Counted from the first letter of the stretch, positions 17,992 through 27,156 are shown. The stretch: DNA of 64,000 bases from Gemmatimonadota bacterium (GCA_045863275.1 BTVB01000017.1:10371-74370); one strand, 5' to 3'. Numbers and translations are program-made. Notes: a model not told the origin generated them from the sequence alone.

Positions 17992-20588
17992 CGCGAAACC
18001 GCCGCGTCCGGAACACTCCCGGCCCACCCGTGGACGATGCGCGCCGCGCGCCACACGCCGTCGGCCGACTGGAGCACCTTGCCCCGCAGGCGCGGCGGCA
18101 GGTCGGGCCTGGCCTGGAGGAAGCGTACGATCTCCTCCGCGGCCTCGGGCTGGTTGTGCCCACCCAGGGAGGCGTCCAGCCAGCGTCCGGGGAAGAAGAT
18201 GTCCCCTGTGCGCTGGATCTCCTCCACCATGTCCAGCGCCCGGCGGACGGTGGGAAGGGCGCTCGCCGAGCGCAGCGGGTGGTGGAGGTTGGCCAGCCCC
18301 GCCAGCACCCACGGCTCCTGCTCACGGTTGGCCGGGTCCGCCAGGGCGTCGAAGAACGCCATGCGGGCGGCCGGGTCGGCGTCCAGCGACGGGCGCACGA
18401 AGCGGAAGCGCGCCTTGCGGTCGGGGTTGGCGATGCGCGCCTCCTGCTCGTCGAGGATGGCCGCCCACCCCGGGACCTCCCGGAGGGCGAGCGCGGTTGC
18501 CAGTGCCGTCTGGTCGCTCTCGGACAGGGGAAGCCCGGGGACGCGCTCCGTGCCGCGCCACAGACGCTCCAGGCGCGCCACCGCGTCGGGGGTGAGGGCC
18601 ACCGAGCGCCAGGTGCCGAGGAAGGAGGCCCGGGCGGTGGCGGGGCGGTCGCCGACCACCCCCGCCCACAGCACCGACTCCACCTCCGCAGCCCGCGCCG
18701 CCCGCACGTCCTCGGCGAGGAGGTCCCAGTACGTCTGGGACAGGTAGCTCAGGATGCGCGCGACGTTCTGCTCGTCGGCCTCCGCGGGGAGGGCGCGCAG
18801 CGCCAGGTCGAGGAAGGCGTCGGGGGCGAGGACCTGCTCCAGGACGGCGTCCCAGAGCGTCACCCACGCCGCGCCCCGGGCCAGCGCGGGCTGGACGGCG
18901 GGGAGGCGCCCCACCAGGTGGTCCAGGCTCGCCGAATCCAGCAGGAAGAGCCCGTACTCCACGCCGGAGCCGCTGGGCAGCACGTACCCGAGCGTGCCGT
19001 CATCCACGCCCGCCAGGGTCGCGGGCGCGGCCCCCAGCTCCACCGTCACCAGCGTGTCGCCGGCCTCGCGGCCCAGGCGCACGTGGAGCGTCTGGGGCCA
19101 CACGCGACCCTCTCCCGCCGGGTCGTCCTGGGTGAGGACCACGCTCCCGCCGCTCCGCTCCACCCGGATGCGGGGCCGTCCGGGCTCCTCCACCCAGACC
19201 CGGCTCCACGCCGCCAGGTCCTCCGGCGAGAGCCGGTCCAGGATGGCGATGAGGTCGGGCCAGGTGGCGTTCCCGTACGCGTGGGACGAGAGGTACTCCC
19301 GGAGGCCGTCCCGGAAGGTCTCGGCGCCCACCCGGGCCTCGAGCTGGCGCATGACGACGGGGGCCTTCTGGTAGATGATGGCCCCATAGAGCGTGCCCGC
19401 CTCCCGCAGGTTCTCCAGGGGCTGGCGGACGGGGTTGGCGCCCGGCGTGCGGTCCACGCCGTACGCCGACGGGTGGTGGGCCATGAGGAAGCGCAGGTCG
19501 TGGTCCACCTCCGGGAAGGAGGGGTGCACGATCTTGGCGGCCATGAAGTTGGCGAAGACCTCCTTGGTCCAGACGTCGTCGAACCAGTTCATGGTCACCA
19601 GGTCGCCGAACCACATGTGGGCGGTCTCGTGGGCGATGACCGACGCCCTGCCCAGGATCTGCCCCTGCGTGGCGCTCTCGTCCAGCATGAGCCCACCGCC
19701 GCCGTAGAAGATGGCGCCGGGATGCTCCATGCCCCCGTACTGGAAGGAGGGGATGAGGGCGAAGTCGAACTTGCCGAAGGGGTACGGGATGCCCGTGTAC
19801 GCCTCCAGCCAGTCCAGCGCCGCGCCGTGGAGCCGGAAGATATCGTCGCGGTTGCGCGCCACCTTCGCGGTGTCGGTCTCCCGGTGGAACATCCGCATGA
19901 GACGCCCACCCACCACCTCCTCCTCGACGGAGAAGCGGCCCGCGGCGAAGGCGAAGAGGTACGTCGGCAGCGGCCGCGTCTCCCCGAACTCCAGCGTCTT
20001 CCTCTCCGGCGTCCCCTCCACCTCGAGCACCGGGCCGTTGGCCACCGCCTCCCACGAGCCGGGGACCCGGAGCACCCACGTCACCGGGGCCTTCAGGTTC
20101 GGCTGGTCGAAGACGGGGAGGCTGAAGTGGGCGCGGTCGGGCACGAAGAGGGCGTAGAGGAAGTCATCGTTCCGGTTGAGGGCGTCGTCGCCGGCCTCGA
20201 AGCGCACCTCCAGCTCGTTGGGGCCGGGCCGGAGGCTCGCCGCGGGCACCACGACGTGGTCCTCCACGGGCTCCCAGGCCACGTCCTGGCCGTTGGCCCG
20301 GACCGCGCCCACCCGCCGCTCCGGGTCCCGGAAGTCCAGGACCAGGTCGAAGCCGTCGGGGTCGTTCCAGGCGAACGTGATGCGGCTCGTTCCCGCGATG
20401 GGCTCCCCCTTCGCCTCGGGGATGTCCAGCTCGATGCGGTAGGCCACCTGGGAAAGGGTTCGCTTTCGATGCTCCGCCAGCTCCCAGGGTATGCCCAGCT
20501 CCACCGGGGGCGGCGCGGCGGTCTCACAGGCGGTCAGGGCGAACAGGACGGGGACGAACCGGAGCGTACGGCGGGAGAGCGGGGGCAT
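17988..20588 (-). CDS. M1 family aminopeptidase (aminopeptidase N-like), lipoprotein
   Basis: Track ORF 17988..20624. It has the exopeptidase motif YGGMEHPGA and the zinc site HETAHMWFGDLVTMNWFDDVWTKEVFANF (HExxH-x18-E). I prefer ATG 20588 (MPPLSRRTLRFVPVLFALTAC, lipobox) over GTG 20624. Confidence 0.85.
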   Translation of the reverse strand: MPPLSRRTLRFVPVLFALTACETAAPPPVELGIPWELAEHRKRTLSQVAYRIELDIPEAKGEPIAGTSRITFAWNDPDGFDLVLDFRDPERRVGAVRANGQDVAWEPVEDHVVVPAASLRPGPNELEVRFEAGDDALNRNDDFLYALFVPDRAHFSLPVFDQPNLKAPVTWVLRVPGSWEAVANGPVLEVEGTPERKTLEFGETRPLPTYLFAFAAGRFSVEEEVVGGRLMRMFHRETDTAKVARNRDDIFRLHGAALDWLEAYTGIPYPFGKFDFALIPSFQYGGMEHPGAIFYGGGGLMLDESATQGQILGRASVIAHETAHMWFGDLVTMNWFDDVWTKEVFANFMAAKIVHPSFPEVDHDLRFLMAHHPSAYGVDRTPGANPVRQPLENLREAGTLYGAIIYQKAPVVMRQLEARVGAETFRDGLREYLSSHAYGNATWPDLIAILDRLSPEDLAAWSRVWVEEPGRPRIRVERSGGSVVLTQDDPAGEGRVWPQTLHVRLGREAGDTLVTVELGAAPATLAGVDDGTLGYVLPSGSGVEYGLFLLDSASLDHLVGRLPAVQPALARGAAWVTLWDAVLEQVLAPDAFLDLALRALPAEADEQNVARILSYLSQTYWDLLAEDVRAARAAEVESVLWAGVVGDRPATARASFLGTWRSVALTPDAVARLERLWRGTERVPGLPLSESDQTALATALALREVPGWAAILDEQEARIANPDRKARFRFVRPSLDADPAARMAFFDALADPANREQEPWVLAGLANLHHPLRSASALPTVRRALDMVEEIQRTGDIFFPGRWLDASLGGHNQPEAAEEIVRFLQARPDLPPRLRGKVLQSADGVWRAARIVHGWAGSVPDAAVSR

Positions 20589-20651
20589 GGGCCTCGGGGA
20601 GAAGTGCGCGCGCGGGCCCCGCACGGGCCGCGCCCCGCAATGATGTCCCCC

Positions 20652-22844
20652 TCAGAGGATGCCGTCCAGATACAGCTCCAGGCGGAATCCCCGGGAGCCG
20701 CTCAGCCCCCACGCGGCGTCGGTGCGGATCAGCCCGTCGACGAGGGACAGGCCCACGCCGGCGGACCACAGGGCGTCGGCGGCGTCGAAGGCGGGACGCG
20801 GCCCCGCCCACCCCCCGTCGGAGAAGAGCGTCACCGCGCCGAAGGCGAAGGGGCGGGCCAGCTCCCCCCGCACCCGCGCGAAGCTCGTGCCCGCCATGAC
20901 CCCCGGCTCGTACCCCCGCAACGTGGTCGCGCCACCGAGGAGGAAACCCCGCTGGGGGGGCGGCGCGCCCCAGCTCGTGCCCCCCGCCACCTCCGTGGCC
21001 AGCCGGAGGCCCAGGGGAAGCGGCACGGCCAGGGCGGCGCTCCCCGTCGCCCGCCGATAGGCCCAGTCGCCGGCGCCGACGAGGAGGGCCAGGGTGATCC
21101 CCCCCTGCGCCAGCCTCGGGTCCGTGCCCCACCAGGGGGCGATCTCGGCCAGGCCCCCCGCGTCCCAGCCCCCCTCGGCGCGCACGTTGGGGCGGAAGCT
21201 CCACGTGTCCGAGCCCAGGCGCCCCACCACGGGGGGATCTCCCGCCTCCACGGCGAAGTGACGTTCGGCAAAGCCCGCCACGCGGAAGCTCCGCCGGTCC
21301 GCCGCCGGGGGGGTCCACTCCAGCCGGGCACCGGCGCGGCGGTAGTAGTCGCCGTCGTCGCGCCCCAGGAAGAGGGCGGTGAGGGAGTTGCCCAGCCCCA
21401 GGTGGCGCGCGTCCTCGTCCAGTGCGGCCAACTCGTGGTACCCGCTCAGCGTCACCCGCGCCCGCAGCCCCTCCCGCGTCAGGTCCAGGCGGCCGTTGGG
21501 CACCCGGTCCTGCGTCCCCAGGCGGAGCGTGGCCGTCACCGAGAGCGGACCGAGAGGCGTGGTGGGCAGCGCCTGGGCCCTCGCCCCCATGGAGAGCCCC
21601 TCCACCCGGTTGTAGCGCACCAGGTCCGGACGCTGGAGGCCCCACCGGAACGTCCGGGGCATCCCTGCACCCCGGGGCGGAGCGGGGAGGCCGGCCAGCC
21701 CGCCGGTGAGCTCGTCCACCTCCTCCCTGGAGAGGAACCCGGGGGCCTCCTCCCAGATGGGAGGCGGGAGGTGGGGGCTGGTGGCCAGCACCGCGGGGTC
21801 CTCGGGGATGAGATAGCGGACGGTCCGGCGGCGCCCGTCGGGGTCGCGGTGGTGCGTCCACCCGGGCTCCACCACGTAGCGGGTCCCGTCGTCCTCGGGG
21901 GCGCAGGGCAGCGCCTCGGTCTCCGTGGCTCCGGCCTCGGCCTCGGCCCGGGTGAGCACCGACTCCACGTCGTAGGTCAGCTCCACCTCAGCAGGGGCGG
22001 TGAGGATCCCCGCCCGGGCCACGCCCTCCAGACGGAGGCTCCTCGGGAGCCAGACGTCGAAGTCCCAGAGGGCGTACTCCACCGCCACCAGGGACAGGTC
22101 GAAGGTCCAGGGCTTGAGGAGGCCCGGCACGTGCCGCAGGTCCCGCTCCTCCTCCTCGCGGAGCCCTCCGATGTCGCGCAGCGCGTCGAAGGTCTCGGAG
22201 AGCCGGTAGGCCGCGCGGACCAGCGCACCGCTCTCCGGCTCGACCCACAGGGAGCCCGTCATCCGGTGGACGTCGGCCTGGGTGGGCACGACGCGCAACT
22301 CCACCGCCTCCAGCCCGCGCCCGTCGGGGAGCGCCAGCCGCAGCGTGTCTCCCACGGAGAACCGGTAGTGGTCGGTCCAGCGTCGCGTGAGGGGGTGCTC
22401 GAACCAGAAGTCGTCGGGGTCGGGAGGCCCGTCCATCTCGTCGGGCTCCACCAGCCCCAGGAAGAGCGCGTCGTTGCGGGGGTCGAAGGCCTGGTCCATG
22501 AGCCCCAGGTGGGTGGCGTCGGTGACGCCCAGGGGGGTCTGCTCCCGCACGGCCAGGACCTGGACCAGCGTGCGCCCGTCCCGCCACCAGAAGACCCGGG
22601 AGGCGGCCTCGGCCCGGTAGAGCGTCCGGTCCTTGAGGGGCATGCGGAGCCCCGCGCCCACCCGCTGGCGCACCACCGCGGTGTACCGCAGGAGCGCGTC
22701 GTCGCGCCGCTCGCGATGGTCCAGGGCCGCCCTGTGGAGCGCTTCCGCCTGGGGGGAGGCGTACGTGCCCTCGGGCCCCTGCGCCGCAGCGGGCCCGGCC
22801 ACGAGCGCCGCCGCGGCGAGCGCGCGCAGGCCGGATGCGATCAC
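20652..22844 (-). CDS. Omp85/surface-antigen-like outer membrane beta-barrel protein with a non-POTRA N-terminal domain (730 aa)
   Basis: C-terminal part of the chimeric track ORF 20652..24884. I chose the start at GTG 22844 (GTGA overlap with the upstream stop). This gives the signal peptide (M)IASGLRALAAAALVAGPAAAQG. The C-terminal third has GGATTLRGYEPG and alternating beta-strand patterns. The N-terminal ~350 aa are not assignable by me (LolA/RseB-like impression only). Confidence 0.55.
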   Translation of the reverse strand: MIASGLRALAAAALVAGPAAAQGPEGTYASPQAEALHRAALDHRERRDDALLRYTAVVRQRVGAGLRMPLKDRTLYRAEAASRVFWWRDGRTLVQVLAVREQTPLGVTDATHLGLMDQAFDPRNDALFLGLVEPDEMDGPPDPDDFWFEHPLTRRWTDHYRFSVGDTLRLALPDGRGLEAVELRVVPTQADVHRMTGSLWVEPESGALVRAAYRLSETFDALRDIGGLREEEERDLRHVPGLLKPWTFDLSLVAVEYALWDFDVWLPRSLRLEGVARAGILTAPAEVELTYDVESVLTRAEAEAGATETEALPCAPEDDGTRYVVEPGWTHHRDPDGRRRTVRYLIPEDPAVLATSPHLPPPIWEEAPGFLSREEVDELTGGLAGLPAPPRGAGMPRTFRWGLQRPDLVRYNRVEGLSMGARAQALPTTPLGPLSVTATLRLGTQDRVPNGRLDLTREGLRARVTLSGYHELAALDEDARHLGLGNSLTALFLGRDDGDYYRRAGARLEWTPPAADRRSFRVAGFAERHFAVEAGDPPVVGRLGSDTWSFRPNVRAEGGWDAGGLAEIAPWWGTDPRLAQGGITLALLVGAGDWAYRRATGSAALAVPLPLGLRLATEVAGGTSWGAPPPQRGFLLGGATTLRGYEPGVMAGTSFARVRGELARPFAFGAVTLFSDGGWAGPRPAFDAADALWSAGVGLSLVDGLIRTDAAWGLSGSRGFRLELYLDGIL

Positions 22845-24097
22845 GGCCGCCAGAACGTCACCTCGCGCACGTCCTCCCACCGCACCAGCGCGGTCTCCCC
22901 GCCGTCGAGCGTCACGAAGATGCCCTTGTTGCCCCGGTCCACGTCGTTGGAGCCGTCCAGCTCGAAGGCACGGCCATCCCGGAGCGTGACCTCCGCGCCC
23001 CATCCCCCGAGGCGGCGCACCGAAGCCACCAGCCCGAACTCCACGTCGAGGTCGACGTCTCCCAGGCGGCCGTCCAGGATCTCCCAGCTCCACGCCTCGT
23101 CGTTGTCCCAGCGGAGGTAGCCCTCCAGGCGCTCTCCATCCTCGGTCTCCACCATGCCGTAGAGGGGGTGGCCTCCGTCGAAGTCGTCGTGGGAAGCCCC
23201 ACGGCCCATGGGTTCGTGGAACATCACCTCCTCGAAGTCCTCCCACGCCACCGTCACCTGCCCCAGCCCAGGGTCCGAGACCGAGATCCCCCGGTTCCCC
23301 TCGTCCACGTCGTTGGAGCCCCGGAGGAGCACCTCCTCGCCGTCGCGCATCATCACCCGCGCCCCCGACGAGCCGGCCCGCTCGATGCCGGCGATGTCGC
23401 CGAAGGGGATCTTCCGGTCCCTTCCCCGCTCCTCGCCGTCCAGGAGGTCGGACGCGAGGATCTCGTCCACGTCCCACGCCACGTACCCGGTGAACTCCAG
23501 GCCGTCGCGGGTCCGCAAGGTGCCGAACAACGTCCCGGCGGAGGGCGCTCCCGCGTCGGCGGGGGCCGCCATGAACTCCACCACGTCCAGGTCCCGCCAC
23601 CGGAGCTCCACCTCGCCCCGCCGCGGGTCGTCCACCACGAGCCCCCGGAATCCGCTCCCCACGTCCGTGGAGCCACCGGAGAGCTCCAGCTCCTCGCCGG
23701 ACCTGAGGGTGAGGAGGGCCCGATCGTCGTCCATCAACGCCAGGGACCGCACGTGGCCGAATCGGATCCCCGAGGTGGCCGTGGAGGGGTACTCGTCGCC
23801 CTCCTCGTCCCAGGAGATCGTGAGCCCGAGGACCTCCACCCTCCGTTCCCGGTCCCGCTCCCAGCGGTCGTCGAGACGCTCGGCGTCGCGGGCGTTCTCC
23901 CAGGGGAGCCGCTTCGAGCCGTTGAGGACGTCGGCCCACCGCCCCTCGTTCTTGTCCCACCGCAGGAAGCCCTCGTAGACCCGGCCCCCCGCCGTCACCA
24001 CGCGGCCGTACAGGCGGTCGTCCACCTGCGCCTCGGCGGCGCCACCCAACGCCATGACGGCCACGGTCACCGCCACGGCCTTCACCGTTCCGGTCAT
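22841..24097 (-). CDS. Secreted protein made of three tandem copies of an unassigned module (418 aa)
   Basis: Track ORF. It has a signal peptide (MTGTVKAVAVTVAVMALGGAAEA/Q) and a strong SD (GGGGGGAGGGG) 1 nt before ATG 24097. There are three internal repeats. I could not recall a matching family. Confidence 0.7.
   Translation of the reverse strand: MTGTVKAVAVTVAVMALGGAAEAQVDDRLYGRVVTAGGRVYEGFLRWDKNEGRWADVLNGSKRLPWENARDAERLDDRWERDRERRVEVLGLTISWDEEGDEYPSTATSGIRFGHVRSLALMDDDRALLTLRSGEELELSGGSTDVGSGFRGLVVDDPRRGEVELRWRDLDVVEFMAAPADAGAPSAGTLFGTLRTRDGLEFTGYVAWDVDEILASDLLDGEERGRDRKIPFGDIAGIERAGSSGARVMMRDGEEVLLRGSNDVDEGNRGISVSDPGLGQVTVAWEDFEEVMFHEPMGRGASHDDFDGGHPLYGMVETEDGERLEGYLRWDNDEAWSWEILDGRLGDVDLDVEFGLVASVRRLGGWGAEVTLRDGRAFELDGSNDVDRGNKGIFVTLDGGETALVRWEDVREVTFWRP
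22853..24016 (-). repeat. Three protein-level tandem repeats inside CDS 22841..24097 (about 23573-24016, 23219-23533, 22853-23167)
   Basis: Each copy opens LYGRVVTAGGRVYEGFLRWD / LFGTLRTRDGLEFTGYVAWD / LYGMVETEDGERLEGYLRWD. Each closes GGSTDVGSGFRGLVV..VELRWRDLDVVEF / GSNDVDEGNRGISV..VTVAWEDFEEVMF / GSNDVDRGNKGIFV..ALVRWEDVREVTF. Copy 1 carries an insert of about 45 aa. Confidence 0.75.
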
Positions 24098-24218
24098 GCC
24101 CCTCCCCCCTTTTCGCCGAATGAGCTCGCCCAGGGGTCCCTACGGGGGTGGGGCCCCCGGCGTTTCCCCGCCACCCCCTCCGGGCCCCGAAGGCCCGCCC
24201 CGTTCCGTTACCGGCGTG

Positions 24219-24236
24219 GATGCCAGAACGATGCCA
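24219..24236 (-). promoter_or_regulatory. TGGCATC-N4-TGGCATC direct repeat; fits sigma-54 -24/-12 spacing
   Basis: The minus strand reads TTGGCATCGTTCTGGCATCC, compared with the consensus TGGCAC-N5-TTGCA. GG and GC are correctly spaced. It lies about 120 nt upstream of ATG 24097. No enhancer-binding protein gene is in the window. Confidence 0.3.
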
Positions 24237-24398
24237 ACGTGGCGAAGTACGCCCAACCCCTTGTCCCCCCGCGTCTTGGCGTACGTGACCGCACGCGGGT
24301 TCCACCCCGAGTGCCGTGACGAGAGGACGCGCAACCGTGTCGCGACGCCACGGGGACGCTACCTTCTTCCACCCAGCGACCCCACCCGTTCCCTGCCC

Positions 24399-25403
24399 AT
24401 GCACCCCACCCCGCCGCCGCGCTTCCAGCCGCGTCCGTTCCGCCCCGCGGCCTGGGCCACCGACCCCCACCTCCAGACGCTGGGGGCGAGGGTGCTCCGG
24501 TCGTCGCGGGGGCCCGACATGACCCGGGAGCGGTGGGAGCTCCCCGACGGCGACTTCCTCGACCTGGACCTGGGGCCCGACCCGGGGGAGGGCGCCCCCC
24601 TCGTCCTGGTCCTCCACGGGCTCGAGGGGTCGTCGCGGCGCCGGTACGTCCTGAACGCGTGCCGGGAGATCCTGGCCCGGGGAATGCGCCCGGTGGCCCT
24701 GAACTTCCGGGGGTGCAGCGGGGAGATGAACCGCCGCCCCCGCTTCTACCACTCGGGAGAGACGGACGACCCCGGGTACGTCCTCAGGGGACTCCGGAAG
24801 GCGTTTCCGGGGCGGCGGGTGGGTGCGCTCGGCTTCTCCCTGGGGGGCAACGTGCTCCTCAAGCTCCTGGGGGAGCGGGCCCACGACGGAGAGGGCCCGG
24901 TGGACGCCGCCGTGGCCATGTCGGTCCCCCTGGACCTGGCCGCGGGAGCGCGCCTTCTGGAGGAGACGGCCATGGGCCGCCTCTACTCCCGGTACTTCCT
25001 ACGGTCTCTCCAGCGGAAGGTGCGCGCCAAGGCCCCGGTCCTGGACGGCCGCGTCGACCTGGACCGCACCCTCGCCGCGAAGACCATCCGGGAGTTCGAC
25101 GATGCGGCCACGGCGGTGCTCCACGGCTTCGCCGACGCGGCACACTACTACGAGGCCTGCAGCAGCGCCGCGTTCCTGGGGGGGATCCGCACGCCCACCC
25201 TCGTGCTCCACGCCCTGGACGACCCCTTCCTCCCGGCCCGGGCGCTCCCCCGCACCGCGCTGGAGGCCAACCCCTGGATCACGCCTTTGGTGAGGCGGCA
25301 CGGCGGCCACGTCGGGTTCCTGGAGGGCACGCCCCTGGCCCCCGGCCTCTGGGGAGACGAGGAGGCGGCCCGCTTCCTCGCGGGGATCCTCCTCCCGGCC
25401 TAG
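24399..25403 (+). CDS. Alpha/beta hydrolase, YheT-like (COG0429 type)
   Basis: Last 334 aa of track ORF 24054..25403, from ATG 24399. It contains LVLVLHGLEGSS, the nucleophile elbow GFSLGGN, and a C-terminal HGGHVGF. Confidence 0.8.
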   Translation: MHPTPPPRFQPRPFRPAAWATDPHLQTLGARVLRSSRGPDMTRERWELPDGDFLDLDLGPDPGEGAPLVLVLHGLEGSSRRRYVLNACREILARGMRPVALNFRGCSGEMNRRPRFYHSGETDDPGYVLRGLRKAFPGRRVGALGFSLGGNVLLKLLGERAHDGEGPVDAAVAMSVPLDLAAGARLLEETAMGRLYSRYFLRSLQRKVRAKAPVLDGRVDLDRTLAAKTIREFDDAATAVLHGFADAAHYYEACSSAAFLGGIRTPTLVLHALDDPFLPARALPRTALEANPWITPLVRRHGGHVGFLEGTPLAPGLWGDEEAARFLAGILLPA

Positions 25404-25409
25404 CGACCC

Positions 25410-25919
25410 TCAGCCGGCCTGGCGGCTCCGGAAGAAGGCCCGCCCGTGCCAGCTCTCGGCGGCGGGGCGCTCGAGGCCGCCGCGGCGCAGGTCGGCAAGG
25501 CGGGTCAGCGTGGTGTCGAACACGCGGGTCTCGGGGGTGACGGTCCCGGCGGCGGCCAGCTCCCGGAAGGCCTCCCGGGAGACGGCACGTACGCCCCCGC
25601 CGTCGCGGTACCACACCGGAGCGTGCTCCACGAGGCGGATCCCCAGCCCCGTGGCCAGGGCCTCCAGGCGGTTCACCAGCGCGTCGATGGAGCACCCCGA
25701 GGGACGGGACGCGTCCTCGTCCACCCCCACCAGGAGGAACTGTCCCTCCACCACGCTCCGCCCCGACAGCAGCGGATCGCCGTGGGCGGCCCACCCGTCC
25801 AGGAAGGCGTCCACCTCGTCGAGGAGCGCCGCCTCCTCCTCCGTGTTCAGGCGTCGGGAGGCGGGAAAGACCCAGACCCGGCCGTGCTCGGGGAGGGCGT
25901 CGAAATCGGTGCGGGGCAA
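25410..25919 (-). CDS. Conserved hypothetical protein (169 aa, GCSID motif)
   Basis: Track ORF. It reads RVWVFPASRRL..EEEAALLDEVDAFLDGWAAHGDPL...FLLVGVDEDASRPSGCSIDALV. I remember this architecture from about 160-aa proteins in Bacteroidota that are dubiously labelled ABC transporter ATPase. Confidence 0.6.
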   Translation of the reverse strand: MPRTDFDALPEHGRVWVFPASRRLNTEEEAALLDEVDAFLDGWAAHGDPLLSGRSVVEGQFLLVGVDEDASRPSGCSIDALVNRLEALATGLGIRLVEHAPVWYRDGGGVRAVSREAFRELAAAGTVTPETRVFDTTLTRLADLRRGGLERPAAESWHGRAFFRSRQAG

Positions 25920-25941
25920 GGCGGACGCTCCTAGCAGGTGC

Positions 25942-27018
25942 TCAGGAAGGGCCCGCTTCGGGAGCGGGCTCGGCGGGCTTGGGCGGCGCCTTGTCGAGGA
26001 GGACCGCCACCCACTTCAGGTCCTGCGTGTTCTCCAGCCAGATCTTCACGATGACCGTGAGGGGCACGGAGAGCAGCGCCCCCAGGGGACCCCACGTCCA
26101 CCCCCAGAAGAGCAGCGAGAGGATGACCACGAGCGTGGACATCCCCAGACGCCGCCCCATGAGGTTGGGCTCGAGGATGTTGCCGAAGAGGGTGTTCACC
26201 ATCACGTAGCCGATGGTCACCACCACGGCGTGGGCCAGGGAGCCGTGGAGGATGAGGCTCAGCAGGACCGCCGGCACGCCGGCGATGATGGAGCCCACGG
26301 TGGGGACGTAGTTCAGGACGAAGGCGACCAGCCCCAGGAGCACGGGGAAGTCCAGCTCCATGGCGTAGCACCAGACGCCGAGGATGATGCCCGTGGCCAG
26401 CGAGATCACGGTCTTGATGCCCAGGTACGTCTGGATCTCCGCGACCACCTTGGCCAGCCGGTCCTCGTGCCCCAGCTCCTCCCCCAGGATGTAGCGCACC
26501 TTGTCGGGGAAGACCGTGGCCTCGGCCAGCATGAAGATCATGATGAGGAAGACCAGGAACGTGGTGGACACGAACTGGGCGATGCGGCCCAGGGCTCCGG
26601 TGGCGAAATCCACGATGGCCCCCGGGTTCACGAGGCCGGTGCTGACGTAGTCCCCCAGCGGGAGGCCCAGGCGGACCTCCATGGAGCGGACCCACGACGC
26701 CTGCAGCTCGGAGAGCCGCGCCGCGTAGACCGGAAGCTGGACCTGCAGCTCGTTGAGAGAGCCGCTGGCCAGCAGGATGATCAGCCCGAACACGCCCATG
26801 TTCACCAGCACCGTGATGCCGATGGCCAGCCACTTGGGGGCGCGGCGGTGCTGCAGGAAGATCATCACCGGCAGGCTCAGCACGGCGAGGAAGAGGGCCA
26901 GAGCCGACGGGAGGAGCACCGGCGCGGCGAACTTCAGGCCGTACACGACGACCACCAGCGAGGCCAGGAAGAAGAGGAACCTGGCCCCCGGATTCTGTTC
27001 TGTCCGGTCGAAGATCAT
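25942..27018 (-). CDS. AI-2E family transporter (PerM/UPF0118)
   Basis: Track ORF, 358 aa, polytopic. The C-terminal part has the family pattern NYVPTVGSIIAGVPAVLL ... FWGWTWGPLGALLSVPLT. Confidence 0.85.
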   Translation of the reverse strand: MIFDRTEQNPGARFLFFLASLVVVVYGLKFAAPVLLPSALALFLAVLSLPVMIFLQHRRAPKWLAIGITVLVNMGVFGLIILLASGSLNELQVQLPVYAARLSELQASWVRSMEVRLGLPLGDYVSTGLVNPGAIVDFATGALGRIAQFVSTTFLVFLIMIFMLAEATVFPDKVRYILGEELGHEDRLAKVVAEIQTYLGIKTVISLATGIILGVWCYAMELDFPVLLGLVAFVLNYVPTVGSIIAGVPAVLLSLILHGSLAHAVVVTIGYVMVNTLFGNILEPNLMGRRLGMSTLVVILSLLFWGWTWGPLGALLSVPLTVIVKIWLENTQDLKWVAVLLDKAPPKPAEPAPEAGPS

Positions 27019-27156
27019 TCCCTGTCCGTGGGGCGGCCGCGAGGGGGCCGGGTCGGCTGGCGTGGTGCGCGTACCAACGGTACCCCGATGCGCGTGGATG
27101 TGCCATAGACCCCGGCGACCCGTTCCCCCGCGCCGGCCTCCGCCTTAGGCTAGGCC

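Noticed and set aside
18030-23120. 1696-aa plus-strand ORF, the longest in the track.
   Set aside because: - It is antisense to the clearly real M1 aminopeptidase (HExxH-E, GxMEN-like) and the Omp85-like genes.
- Its translation is R/G/P/H/E/V-rich with no domain pattern.
- This is the typical open antisense frame of a GC-rich genome.
22845-24884. N-terminal 680 aa of track ORF 20652..24884, which would make a 1410-aa protein.
   Set aside because: - This part overlaps the repeat-protein gene in another frame and runs through the intergenic region.
- Its sequence is R/G/P-rich junk.
- A good signal peptide begins at GTG 22844.
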